Shown: one piece after another, positions 20,601 through 29,026 of the stretch
How the letters are laid out: each line of letters starts with the position of its first letter
How positions within the stretch are numbered: position 1 is the stretch's first letter
Origin: a virus
DNA length: 64,000 nt
IMG/VR virus record: IMGVR_UViG_3300037391_000010
Span: 32,001 to 96,000 of that record
Strand: one strand, 5' to 3'
Program-made: the position numbers and the translations under genes
Notes under the pieces: generated by a model
The model's input: only the letters and a program-made list of their open reading frames with translations
Database searches by the model: none
What the model was told of the DNA's origin: nothing

Positions 20601-20646
20601 GAGTATCGCCCGAATCATGAAAGAGAACCCTGTGTCTGGAGAATAG
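14638..20646 (+). CDS. 2002-aa cassette polyprotein: N-terminal sigma-like domain, then many Zn-ribbon and acidic modules separated by (K/R)xA
   Basis: SD AGGAGG; mosaic of CxxC and acidic blocks; roughly 20 KxA junctions. Confidence 0.75.
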   Translation: MKLDATQAAAAKLSHLIEPGRTVYSTDGRAYRVLSKIASGGSLSFRLANLQGQPVPTPANFTPISGAWMRFASFLKYAYNKDITAIVNEMITQAGLPIDPKMDWAAYLTKTYSANLSSVTTDPDIQDEVIYRTVVYLLFERKNKNGKKVLENFAEKLKNFDVKTQKKPLAEQVSDYLKGTFLYYAKDHAKHDAIALMRPEEMSMEQPGEEGETYNILDTEEHATAPGVGQSESDRDIDQFIAQFQEWVKGKETPKSAPNYAALLKIFWDQSQQTESGEVKISDLTQEWIRRTGLSFDSLKQYRDKIGGLLRDFVYENKAQLGNSYKLADLLQHMFPPPPKAKARPAKASSFKAAGCIASEYCPQCGNDENGCHCPNKADLLDGETRGDKTASDHHRKQVCKCGSVQTCRCSAPKIAFNVNSCSNCRTAAEKPKCPHCGSDDYGLMPTDFETAKCNACGKNWEHGIVKGINDPKEAAYGHADRPINEEQTKLEQDVDRFSKELKKFPKGPTGMTPDATKATPEWQAAKRNYDQAFQALRNYNSKHTAADLGRCSCEWEECPLGHKAGGCPNPAAHMLEIYGYKTRYCQPCTDATIEYIRLEQGTGDADNTVKILSSVDTEHGVHPSQPEDHKAAAPYCDGCDRPKANCICEGCECPENKNASKYGDKIKKMEARRGESIESTLKKADGEMGEAPEKPTLQKLPSEGGFHPIAAGEIQYTAPGLQVVLAEDWFIYVTDETTEHMWVYNTEMWYEWGEIPNAFGEDTTKPQPTVEAMIPYAKGHTPEPLMDDNKKQMTLQEFEASNGDNWADPGFDKEGMIGHDFMNADQDAIRPRITPGDTGRLPHARTQGSLKESAEGGLQHANLPRFVVMNGGYPMEVHKENCRDMNMPKYRHAPKDWVLTGNTVDEAVEVAAGELNSQFDEPYDTEDLFRVMPCCRKKTAAELAGRGGGEDDVRGAGDLWREEFYQEGGSAGAPPKIATSLKTLPCCGSVSSHHKPGCKVYNDNFTKTLTTLYPEKFGSGDMFVAATKIAADQWKVTIRDPKGKQREEKVRGQDYSAAERAVTKKMKDKEQLVSMTVANKTAAPAAAAPAPAARPAQAPQTVVAPPAGTAVALPGQQPTTEDEKPMRKTVVPELPGKKWHMTSKTASILEDAFQYFMEGKKEGGLADVFNEHYTRTGKGEDKYIACSKLMMDFEYAFQRQEDGSLSDEDSLREDAENALREIVGDDPNYSESAAPATKGALKSGQNTPEVEAEVAQLAQTHPLTEVHENCNPAYEHGQWWIICGPCGASWAVEDATGGQSYNGLDLEEVDAGDGSCQENLHESSTVQVPGMAGLQSEAKEVTSSVEKKAWIEDEGEVEEESVQDRLEYLRGELRAERISQGELMELQGLADYIDPGDVELLEAAGVEEVISQPDVPIETPEFGEADKTRLRGLGVIGKKKKAFEPGANSGIRGSNDGTYIYQADVWCENCATEIAATLDAEGKTPPNVMDEASYDSDNYPKGPFFEEESDAPEHCSGCKIFLENPLTADGTEYMTQMVDKAVAEGRGEEPHIKEWMDFYGYRPEEKNMIESSDASDKINAMPQRGRPKSPSQLGLQEKSELDLRNEGIPLRSSEDKVAATPQPTSGEDEGFNVKVVYNKYGITLEPTNNLLSDVQGIGESIPKPSIWELMEDFFTNGWEMVNPEDIGALTSGEIMSDQDGNVYWHERYQIEDMVEELMNGNKVNLQYGGNLFEMDEGSEIAPPAEPDPNQMELPLQSSKKEATGEMSQAELDENGREEWPMHYNIADALGAEVKPFDQYQGPYVRVPEGRLWVTTPEGAGDGAELIVWNESNRKSSEPFMWDDENAAVDAALSVMDNPPANTLPWGAEREEQLKNGPDTSEVEDTVPAEHPEGWTPEFSKGDKESLHGLGVKGSKKQAAPGDGGLQRDVQKAQGLKPEQKNYDKAIVNAYETHPLVELLWNSMKRDPQHKDRVQTGYGTKTKQGLVLSIARIMKENPVSGE

Positions 20647-20690
20647 TCAGTAAAATTCAACTTTTTGACCCCTTAATAGGTGGAGGAACC

Positions 20691-21752
20691 ATGGCAAACG
20701 TAAAGAAAGCAGATCGTGAGGCAGTTCGCAAGGCTATTGTAGCCCGTCGCGAAGCCCGTAAGACCGAAAAAGTGGCTCAATACGCCAAAATGCGTGAGAC
20801 CGCGAAGTCCCCGGCGAAGTTCGCCAAGGTTCTCGATGAACTCGTAGCAAAGACCGCTCGTCAGGCTGACAGCATGGAAGCCCTCCGTCACAACCTCGGC
20901 CTCGCGAGGGTCGCCAAGGACGCTCCCGCCAAGGTTCGCGTTGCAGCCGCCCAAAAATACGGCAAGAAGTTTATCCGTATCGCCGAAGAGCAGCCCGACA
21001 TTCTGGCTGACGCCCTCCAGCAAGCCTACAAGGGCTTGGATGAGCAGGCAGCGGCCATGGAAATCGCAGCCGAAGCTCTGGGCATTGACCTCGGTGCAAC
21101 TCCCGCTGAGAAGGCATTCACCGACGAAGGCAAGCACGAACTTGAGCTTGGCGAAGACAAGGGCGAAGCCGTAGCCGAAGCTGAAGGTCCTGACTTTGAA
21201 GCGCAGGAAGAGACTGAAGCCGAAGCTGACGCCGAACCCGCAGACAAGCCCGAAGAAGAGAAGGAAGCCGCCGCAGGTTCCGACGCTTTCAGTACCGACC
21301 GCGATCCATCAGGCAACCCCAAGGCACCGCAGAAGGCACAGAGCCCACGGGCTCAAGGCGAAGCTTTCAAGAATTCCGCAGAACAGCCCAAGGGTGTAAC
21401 GCAGGAATTCACCATCGCCCCGCATTCCGAAGGCGCTGAGAAGTTCGTGAAGAACATCCCGCAGGCTCAGGGCAAGGAAGCAGGCAACAAGCTCAGCGCA
21501 ATGAGCAAGAAGGATTTCATTGCTCTGGCGGACGCCATCAAGAATATGAGCGTCGGCCCTGATGAGAAGCGCAACATCGCCGAAGGGTTGTGCAGCACGC
21601 TTCGCGCATCCAACCCACGTTTCATGAAGGAACGCTTCATGGGCTACGTGATGGGCGAGAATGGTCCGAGCGGCGGTGCAGTAAAGCCGATTGGACAGCC
21701 GCGTAAGTCGCGTCCCGCTCCGATCACGACTGCCCCCGCTGAAGGCATGTAA
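20691..21752 (+). CDS. Putative head scaffold/internal protein with an appended MSKKDFIALADAI module
   Basis: SD GGAGG; helical Ala/Lys/Glu-rich N-half, acidic linker, KxA motifs. Confidence 0.6.
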   Translation: MANVKKADREAVRKAIVARREARKTEKVAQYAKMRETAKSPAKFAKVLDELVAKTARQADSMEALRHNLGLARVAKDAPAKVRVAAAQKYGKKFIRIAEEQPDILADALQQAYKGLDEQAAAMEIAAEALGIDLGATPAEKAFTDEGKHELELGEDKGEAVAEAEGPDFEAQEETEAEADAEPADKPEEEKEAAAGSDAFSTDRDPSGNPKAPQKAQSPRAQGEAFKNSAEQPKGVTQEFTIAPHSEGAEKFVKNIPQAQGKEAGNKLSAMSKKDFIALADAIKNMSVGPDEKRNIAEGLCSTLRASNPRFMKERFMGYVMGENGPSGGAVKPIGQPRKSRPAPITTAPAEGM

Positions 21753-22012
21753 TGTTCTTCGTCTTCACAGGTGAAGAATACTACCCGGGAGGCGGCTGGA
21801 GCGATTTCCAAGGCACTGCCGAGACCATTGAGGCCGCTCGCGCTCGCGTTGAGGCCGTCATGGGCAACGATGACTGGTATCATATTGTGGACGCCTCTTC
21901 ACTGAAAATAGTCGAGGAAGGCTCCATCAAAGACGTAACCACCTACGATCCCTACGAAGAGAAACGTCAGGCCGTTCCCGCCACAGGCGGCGAAGGCTAC
22001 CATGGCGTATAA
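21752..22012 (+). CDS. Small phage protein (YYP-x-GGW-x-DF type)
   Basis: TAATG coupling; EEYYPGGGWSDF...DWYHIVD. Confidence 0.7.
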   Translation: MFFVFTGEEYYPGGGWSDFQGTAETIEAARARVEAVMGNDDWYHIVDASSLKIVEEGSIKDVTTYDPYEEKRQAVPATGGEGYHGV

Positions 22013-22017
22013 GTAGT

Positions 22018-22087
22018 TGAAAACAAACCAAATATAGTCAAAATTTCCTATCGTTTCCGACCCATTTTTGGGTATAATAGGGACATG
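22018..22087 (+). promoter_or_regulatory. Conserved promoter module copy 1, leaderless start
   Basis: TTGAAAACAAA-x-CAAATATAGT...TTCCTA-x-CG...TTTTTGGGTATAATAGGGAC-ATG, near-identical to 23528..23597. Confidence 0.8.
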
Positions 22088-22393
22088 GACGCAACCAAAG
22101 CACTGCTCATCACTCTGTTTCTTGCGGTTCCAGCCTTCGCGCAGGAGCCGCGTGGCACGATCAAACCCGCCGATCCCGTATCCGCCGCGACCCACGAAGT
22201 GACCGCGCTCGGCGGCGACTGCATGGACAAGCCCGTCGTTCTGCCTACCCCGCTCCCCGTCCTGAGAATCTCTCTGGGCGAATACGCACGCCAGATTCGA
22301 GCGCAACACGCCGCCGCACCCAAGGCCGCGAAGATCGTCAACAACGACAAGTTTGACGCGGAAGCCGAACTCGAAGCGAAGGTGACGAACTAA
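22085..22393 (+). CDS. Exported protein with a signal peptide
   Basis: MDATKALLITLFLAVPAFA-QEP (AxA cleavage site). Confidence 0.7.
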   Translation: MDATKALLITLFLAVPAFAQEPRGTIKPADPVSAATHEVTALGGDCMDKPVVLPTPLPVLRISLGEYARQIRAQHAAAPKAAKIVNNDKFDAEAELEAKVTN

Positions 22394-23465
22394 TGGTGCA
22401 ATGTCAAAGCTGCGGAGCATGGGCTGGTCGCTACGAGGGGTTTGCAATCCTCCGTAGGTGGTTCAAGTGTCTATCGTGTTTCCACGTTTGGAGTGTGGGC
22501 TAATGGAGATCATCATCATCGAACACGCTTTGGGTTCTTGGACGGTCGAAGTCCTGACGGGCTGCATGGACATTCCCGAGGGATGCAAGGATTGGGATTC
22601 GTTCGGTCGCGGCTTCAAGTACAAGGGGCACGCCGTGGCTTACCTCAAACGGATGGCGAAGAACTCGCCTGACCACGGTTCACGTTGGGTCATCTATGAA
22701 TTCCAGCAACGTTGGTTCGTTGCTATGAGGGTCAAATAGCATGGAAAAGCTTAAGCCAGTCAAGAACGACATCGACACGATTCTCTGGTGCGGCCCTGCC
22801 GCGATCTCTGCGGTAACAGGGGAGCCCGTCAGCAAGGTCATCACCACGATGAAGCACCTGAGTGGCAAACGGTGCATCAAAGGCGTCAGTACGGGGCTCA
22901 TGCAGCGCACGCTGACCATGTTGGGGTGGGAAGCCCTCACCATTCATCGTTTCGACCGCACAAAGGCTCCCTACGGTCAAGCAGCCCCTATTCGCTTAGC
23001 TGATGGCTCGCGTGTAACGGTCATCACTGGCGGCGAACACAACTATGTGGAAGCGAAGCAACGCCCCACGCTGGCACGCTACTGCCGCCAGCACCGCGAA
23101 GACTTTCAAGAGCACGCCTGCATCGTTGAGACCACGGGGCATTATGTCGCAGTCTACGGACGTAGGTTCTGCGACAACTTCACCAAAGAGCCAGTGTTCT
23201 TGCGTAAGTCACCCCACCGCCGCGCTCGCGTCCAGCGGGTACTTCAAATCAAAAAGGTCGGTGGCCCCGACTGGAAACCCAAGACAGACGCTTGGGGGAG
23301 GAGCAACGTATGATGAACACCGCAGCGAAGCTGATACTGGCGACCAAGATCGCCGAAGCAGTCCAGAGCAAGTACAATCTGAGCACGGGGTTTCAACTCA
23401 CCGAGGAGAGCGTTGACACCAACGAACTCGTCCTGACCATCGCAGAGCAGTTGGACGGCATCTAA
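22393..23465 (+). CDS. Four coupled small hypothetical genes (22393-22503 Zn ribbon, 22503-22739, 22741-23313, 23310-23465)
   Basis: TAATG/ATGA overlaps. 22741-23313 has WCGPAAI...GHYVAV-x-G-x-x-FCD, a possible C39/papain-like Cys-His-Asp set. Confidence 0.6.
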
Positions 23466-23527
23466 CGCCCGCGAGGATGACTCGCAGCGGGTGAGCGAAA
23501 GCAAAGATACCCGCTACGGTATATTAT

Positions 23528-23597
23528 TGAAAACAAAGCAAATATAGTGCTGAATTCCTAGCGATTCGAGCCTCTTTTTGGGTATAATAGGGACATG
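23528..23597 (+). promoter_or_regulatory. Conserved promoter module copy 2, leaderless start
   Basis: ~70-bp imperfect direct repeat of 22018..22087. Confidence 0.8.
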
Positions 23598-24389
23598 GCA
23601 AGCACACAAGTAACGTCGGACGGTCTAAGACAGATTTTGGACGCGCTGATTGCAGTCGTGGCGTCCAGTGGAAAGCTCGGAACTCCGGGCGGAACCCTCT
23701 ACGCATACCTGATGACGCAGGGATGCACCCTCCAACAGTTTGAATCTATTATGGGTGCTCTGGTTCAGGCACGAAAACTCATGAAGCGTGGCGACCTGTA
23801 CTTTGCACTGGAGGCGAAAATGAGCGAGTACACACAGTATCCTGACGACGTAGTGATGGAGACCTCCATCGGTCAAGTCAAGCTGGCGGTCACCGACGCC
23901 AACCACATTTCCATTCAAGGTGAAGTGGTGATCCGGGGCAAACAGGTTCGCGCCCACCTGCACGTCAACGATTATGGCTGCGGTGTTGGCTTCGAGCCGA
24001 GCCGCGATCAGTCCAACCCCTCGAACTCCTATCACGCCCTGTACGCGACCAAGGTCGGTACGTGCGGCGAGTACGCGACGGATGCACAGCGCAGGGCGAT
24101 CATTGCCGCTCTCGTCCCCGCGATCAACGAATTCATGGCGAAGCACCCCGAATTGCGGCAGGCTGGTGCGGACGCCGACAAGAACAACACCGCGATGCGT
24201 ATCGAGGAAGAGATTGTCGAACTGAAAAAGCAGCTTGCGGCGAAGGAAGAGGAACTCCGCAGGGTGCATATCTCTGGACGGCAGTCAAGCGGCGTCGTGC
24301 AGTTCCCGTGCTGCAAGGCTTATGGCGTGGTCAACAAGAACCATGTGTGCCCCGAGCGGATGACTTTCGACAACGAGGTTATCAGCTAA
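23595..24389 (+). CDS. Hypothetical protein, apparently a fusion of two small genes
   Basis: Internal GGAGG + in-frame ATG at 23820. Confidence 0.65.
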   Translation: MASTQVTSDGLRQILDALIAVVASSGKLGTPGGTLYAYLMTQGCTLQQFESIMGALVQARKLMKRGDLYFALEAKMSEYTQYPDDVVMETSIGQVKLAVTDANHISIQGEVVIRGKQVRAHLHVNDYGCGVGFEPSRDQSNPSNSYHALYATKVGTCGEYATDAQRRAIIAALVPAINEFMAKHPELRQAGADADKNNTAMRIEEEIVELKKQLAAKEEELRRVHISGRQSSGVVQFPCCKAYGVVNKNHVCPERMTFDNEVIS

Positions 24390-27216
24390 TGAGCCGACGC
24401 ACAGACAGAATGTGGAAAGCCGCCGCCCGCGTGACGGCGCTCAAGGTCGAAGAGCCCACGTCCACCGTCTACTCGGTTCGCACTCTCAAGGACGAATTGC
24501 CGAAGGAATTCTTCGCTGAGTTCATGACGACGAACGCGCAATATGATCCCGCCCACCCCCAAGGTAAGCCGTCGCCTGCCGCCCTGTTGCTGGATGTTCA
24601 GGTCGTGCGTGAGTACAGCCGTGTGACCGACGAGGCTGGCTATAAGCCGTGGCCTGGTCCGCAGAAGGATGTTCACTGCTGGTGGGAACTGGAGAGCGGC
24701 AAGGCTGTGGGCTGGAACGAGAACCCGAGCAAGGGCTGGAGTTTCCCCGTCATCACCCTGCACAATCTCAAGGTCTGGAATGGTCGCGGCGACTACAGCG
24801 ATCTGGACGGGCATCTGTTCGTGTGCGCTGCGACCAAGAAGCAGGCCGTCGAGTTGATTAACAAAGCTGGATACAGTTGCGGCAGGATGAATTTGCGTGA
24901 ACTGAACGGATACTTCAACGAGGGTTGTTGGGGTCGGGACATGAACGGCATCGCGCAGGAAACTGGCGTCTGGTTCCAGTCTAAAGAGGATGCTTCGGCA
25001 CCATGCCCATGCGACATCCCATTTGGCGATTTCGATAAAGCGCATCAGGATGCGTGCCCGCGTAAACCACGGAGGCTTTTATGAAGCGCCCCAATTTCAG
25101 GAACCGAGAATGCCCGAAGTGCGGCGGCAAGATCGGCATGATCCGCCGCGAGGGATTCATGAACCTGTACGGCTGCGTGAGCAACACCCATGTGCAGGTG
25201 CAGGGCACCTACGGTTACCATCCTGACGACTTCCCCAAGAAGGCGAAGCCGATTCCACAGAAGGAAATCGACAAGTTCATCAGCACCATCCGCTACCCGA
25301 AATTCGCGGCCTTCGCGGTTGGCAAGCTAATGGCGAAATTCAAATTCACCCGTGAGCAGGCGACTGCCGCGTATAAAGCGAGGACAATATGAAGGCACTG
25401 AATGCGTTGTATCACTCTGAACGTGAATTGGGATTCGCACCAACCATTCTCATTCTGGCTTGTGTGCTCGTCCTCTTGCTCGGACACGCCCATGGGCAGC
25501 AAGCCGACCAGAAGTCGCCGACCGAAGCGGAGATCAAGGCGCTCTACAACATCCTCATGCCGCCCGCACCGATGTCTGAGCAGGCGCGGTCTTTGTTCGA
25601 TCCGAACTACGTGCCGCCTGTCAAGAAAGACGGCGTGATCGTGCGGGCGTACAAGTCCTACGATTACTCGCTCAAGCTGGACTACGCACGGAACTACTGT
25701 GCGGTCAACAAGCCGACCGCGAAGCACCCGAAGGTGCAGCGCGTGTACGTGAAGAATGGTGACATCTACGAGTGCGCGACCAAGACGATCACGCCAGCAG
25801 GCTCGAATTGAAAAACATCCGCTGGCACGTCGAAATGGTTGTGGCAATCGGGCTGATGTGCGTGGCTCTGGCGTTCTTCACGGTCTACTTTGGGGTGCGA
25901 GGAGAGGCGATCTAAATGGCTGGCAACTCAGGCAAGATGACGAACGAGGCTCTCGCCGCACGCGGCCCACGCATGGTGCTGGCACGGGTGGGCGCTAACG
26001 GTCAAGCCTATCGCGGCTTGGTGATCTACCGCGAAGGGCAGTGCCCGATCAAGGTGCCTTACTCGGTACTTGCAAAGTCGTACTCGTTGAGCTATCTTTT
26101 AAGGGTGGGAAAGGGAAACCAATGACCGCGCTGACAATAGCAATTTTCGATCTGCTGATGCTCCACTTTCTCTACGTGGCGGTCTCGCTGGTCGTGGGCA
26201 CTCTGGCGGCGATAGATGTCCATAAGGAAGGCAAATCCGTGCCTGTCATTGTGGTCGCGTCTCTGGTCTACGCCATGTTTTGGCTGCCGTTGCTCCTCGG
26301 CAAGATCGTGTCGAGGCAATTACGTCCGATGGGGTTGATAAAATGAGCAAGCGCAAGGAACGCCAAGCCGCACGCCCCTCAGCCCTCCTGAACTGGTTCG
26401 GGAAGGCACCACACCCGTCCGACTGCCTCGTGCACTGGCGGGACACCGTGGGCTATCGCGGCGTGGCAGACTTCGACGAGACGATTGCTCAGCTTCGTGC
26501 GGATTGGGATTTGCTCACCGCTACGGACGCGGGTAAGCTGGCTCTGGCTCGTCTGTTGAACGCTCAGTACGACAAAGCATGTCAGGAGCAGGCCGAACAG
26601 GACGCAGGAGACGACTTATGAAACCTGAATTGGAAAACAAGCTGGTAGACTTGCAGGCTCACCTACTCGAAAAGAACGATTCCAAAGGTCTCTTCCTGTG
26701 GGACGCCGTGCGGCAGGCGATCAAGCAGGACGACCAGTGGGAAGAGATTTTGGTCTGGGCTTCCAGTTGTCAGGCCGCAACCGCCGAGGGGTACGCCTAC
26801 AGGAAATCTGCATCCAAGGGCGAACGTACCCGCCACGCGACGATCTGCAAGAAACTTAGGGAGATGCTCGCGACTGGCTTGTTTAGAGAGCACCGAGGCC
26901 ACCAGCCGTTCCCGAGCGTCAAGCACGCTACTTTGAAGCGGCTGGAAGAAGCCGAAGCCGCCTGCATCAAGGCGAACGTATGATCTACGGGAACCGACAG
27001 CCATCCGCCGCCGAGATCAACGCGCACTTGAGCACGAAACTCAAGCGAGCGGTTCTCCATAGCTCCCCATCCCTGAAACTCCGCATCATCGCCGCTCGGG
27101 TGGGTAAGAAACGGGACGGCGTGAGCCCGCTGGAAGTCCAGATCATGGGCTACGAGTCGCACATTGACGGCGGCTGGAGCGCGGTGAGGCCGGATACCCG
27201 CATCGACCTGCTCTAA
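24389..27216 (+). CDS. Run of coupled small early-type genes (24389-25084, 25081-25392, 25389-25811, 25916-26125, 26122-26346, 26343-26621, 26618-26983, 26980-27216)
   Basis: Mostly ATGA/TAATG overlaps; includes a Zn-ribbon protein and membrane/exported proteins; no family recognised. Confidence 0.65.
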
Positions 27217-27262
27217 AAATAGTTCAGATTCCTAGCGATTTGGGCTCGGTGTGGGGTATAAT
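27217..27262 (+). promoter_or_regulatory. Conserved promoter module copy 3 (no ATG follows)
   Basis: AAATAGTT-CAGATTCCTAGCGATT...GGGGTATAAT. Confidence 0.65.
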
Positions 27263-27268
27263 GTAAGT

Positions 27269-27339
27269 GATAGTTTGCTGGTAACGCGGAAAACCAGTAT
27301 CGGGGTGCAGAGCCTAGAGCCTGCACCCTATTTCCTTTT
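27269..27339 (+). ncRNA. Candidate ~70-nt small RNA ending in a terminator hairpin
   Basis: Downstream of promoter copy 3; stems CTGGT/ACCAG and GGGTGCAG/CTGCACCC followed by TATTTCCTTTT. Confidence 0.35.
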
Positions 27340-28174
27340 AGGCCCCTTCGAACCTGCCGCAGTGAGATTGCGGCGTCCACCCGCAGCATCCCGCGTGACG
27401 GCTATCCCAATTGCTCTCGATGGAGTTCAGGTCGGGCTGGTAGGAGAAATACGGGGTTACACGGACAGGGAACGGGTAACGTTTGCCTTTGCGGTAGTTG
27501 TCCCACGCAATGGTGAGATGCCAGTTGCGCTCGTTCACTCGCAGGTTGAAGCCCACGGCTTTGACGCTCTGGAGGTTCCAGTTGATGTCAAAGGCTATGT
27601 TCGTCTTAGGCATGTAACCTTCTAGCAGCATCCGCCCAAGCCTCTTCGTAGGTGTCGCCCGTGCCGATGACAGGAGCATTGAGGGCGTCCGACTTGTAGA
27701 CTTCGCAGGCACACATCTCGGGGTGGGGGAAATTCTTCTTTGGCATCCACGCCCCAATACGTCGCCTTGGGGTAGACCTTCCAGACGGCCTGCTCATTGG
27801 CTCGGGCCTGCTTCTGGGTGATCTTAGGCAAGACGAGCTTCCTGCTTGTTGAGGGCTTCGGTGATCTTTGCAGCCTTGGTGCCGCGCAAGTCTTCGTTGA
27901 GGACGAAAGCGACGATGGTCTGCGACAGCTTGAGACCAGTGGCGATGCCAAATTGGGTCTTCCCCGCATGGCCTAGCTGAATGATTTTATCGACTGTGAG
28001 TTGATCCATACCTGCTCCTTATTCGTAATAGACGATTATGAAATACTCGCTGAAGCCGCCACGTCCTGACTTGACTACCGAGAAGATCGTGTAGCTCTGG
28101 CTCTGAAGGCTGTTGAGTCTGTCCTCCAGATCGTTGTCCTTGACCTCGGTCGTGTGCCACTTTCGAATCGCCAT
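27338..28174 (-). CDS. Four small minus-strand genes (28019-28174, 27824-28009 HTH-like, ~27606-27831 frameshifted, 27338-27613)
   Basis: SD AGGAG before 28009; overlapping stops and starts; KTQFGIATGLKLSQTIV HTH-like. Confidence 0.55.
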
Positions 28175-28185
28175 ACAGCTTAATA

Positions 28186-28929
28186 CTACCGATTTGCCCG
28201 ACTTACGAACATGTGGTCAAAATCAGGGTCGGTGATCTTAACCCTAAAGTCCCCCAGTATCGCAGGATCGGTGCGGTAGATGTTCCCGAGCTTCTGAACT
28301 TTCCGCTTCGAAAATCCTGTCCCGCTGGGGTTTGCCTTGTCAATGAGGGAATGGATGAACGCTCCCAACGCCTTCTCTTCTGGGTCCTTGGATTCCAGCA
28401 GTTGCTTGCTCGACCGACTCATCGCACGGCGGATGTCAGGGCGGTGGAGCTTGTGAATCTCGGCTACCCGCTGGAAGCTGCGGGTCTTGATGTACAGGTC
28501 GATGATCGTACTTAGGGGCACGCTCTTGATGCTGTTCTCCAGCTTCGCCTGCACCAGCACATTCTTCATCTTGTCCTCGGTGAATTCCTCCCCATACAGA
28601 ATGAACGCACACAGCACTTTGACCGCCATGCGGATGCGGAAGGAGCACACCGTCTGCGTGCTGCGGTGGATGATCGCCAGAGTGTTCTGGGTCTTGCTCA
28701 GCAGATAGTAGCTCAGCAGGAGTTCCTGATCCTCCTTCTTCAGGAGACGCAAAATCTTCAGGAACATTGGGAAATTCTCCTGAATGTAGGTGAGGATTTT
28801 CTGGTCTTCTTTTTTCTTGGGGTCGGACTCAGCACTGAGAAGTGTTTGGCCTTCAAGGGCTTCTTCGTCAGTCAGGAGCATGGCGCGGGCAGAAGTGATT
28901 GAATCGAAATACGGAGTGTTTTCAGACAT
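28186..28929 (-). CDS. Transcription regulator with two sigma-region-4-like HTH units
   Basis: LKKEDQELLLSYY...KTQNTLA...TQTVCSFRIRMA and IIDLY...SFQRVAE...RPDIRRAM. Confidence 0.55.
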   Translation of the reverse strand: MSENTPYFDSITSARAMLLTDEEALEGQTLLSAESDPKKKEDQKILTYIQENFPMFLKILRLLKKEDQELLLSYYLLSKTQNTLAIIHRSTQTVCSFRIRMAVKVLCAFILYGEEFTEDKMKNVLVQAKLENSIKSVPLSTIIDLYIKTRSFQRVAEIHKLHRPDIRRAMSRSSKQLLESKDPEEKALGAFIHSLIDKANPSGTGFSKRKVQKLGNIYRTDPAILGDFRVKITDPDFDHMFVSRANR

Positions 28930-28976
28930 GGTTATGGTATAATACTAAACCCATCGACATTTTTCGGGGTTTTTCC

Positions 28977-29005
28977 AAAATAAAACGGGCACCCGAAGGT
29001 GCCCG
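28977..29005 (-). terminator. Rho-independent terminator after 29027..30865
   Basis: Minus strand CGGGCACC-TTCG-GGTGCCCG-TTTTATTTT. Confidence 0.9.
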
Positions 29006-29026
29006 ATGTTGAGCCTGACCAGCGAC

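Noticed and set aside
27251-27625. Plus-strand 124-aa ORF
   Set aside because: Starts inside the promoter, crosses a terminator and is antisense to a more plausible gene
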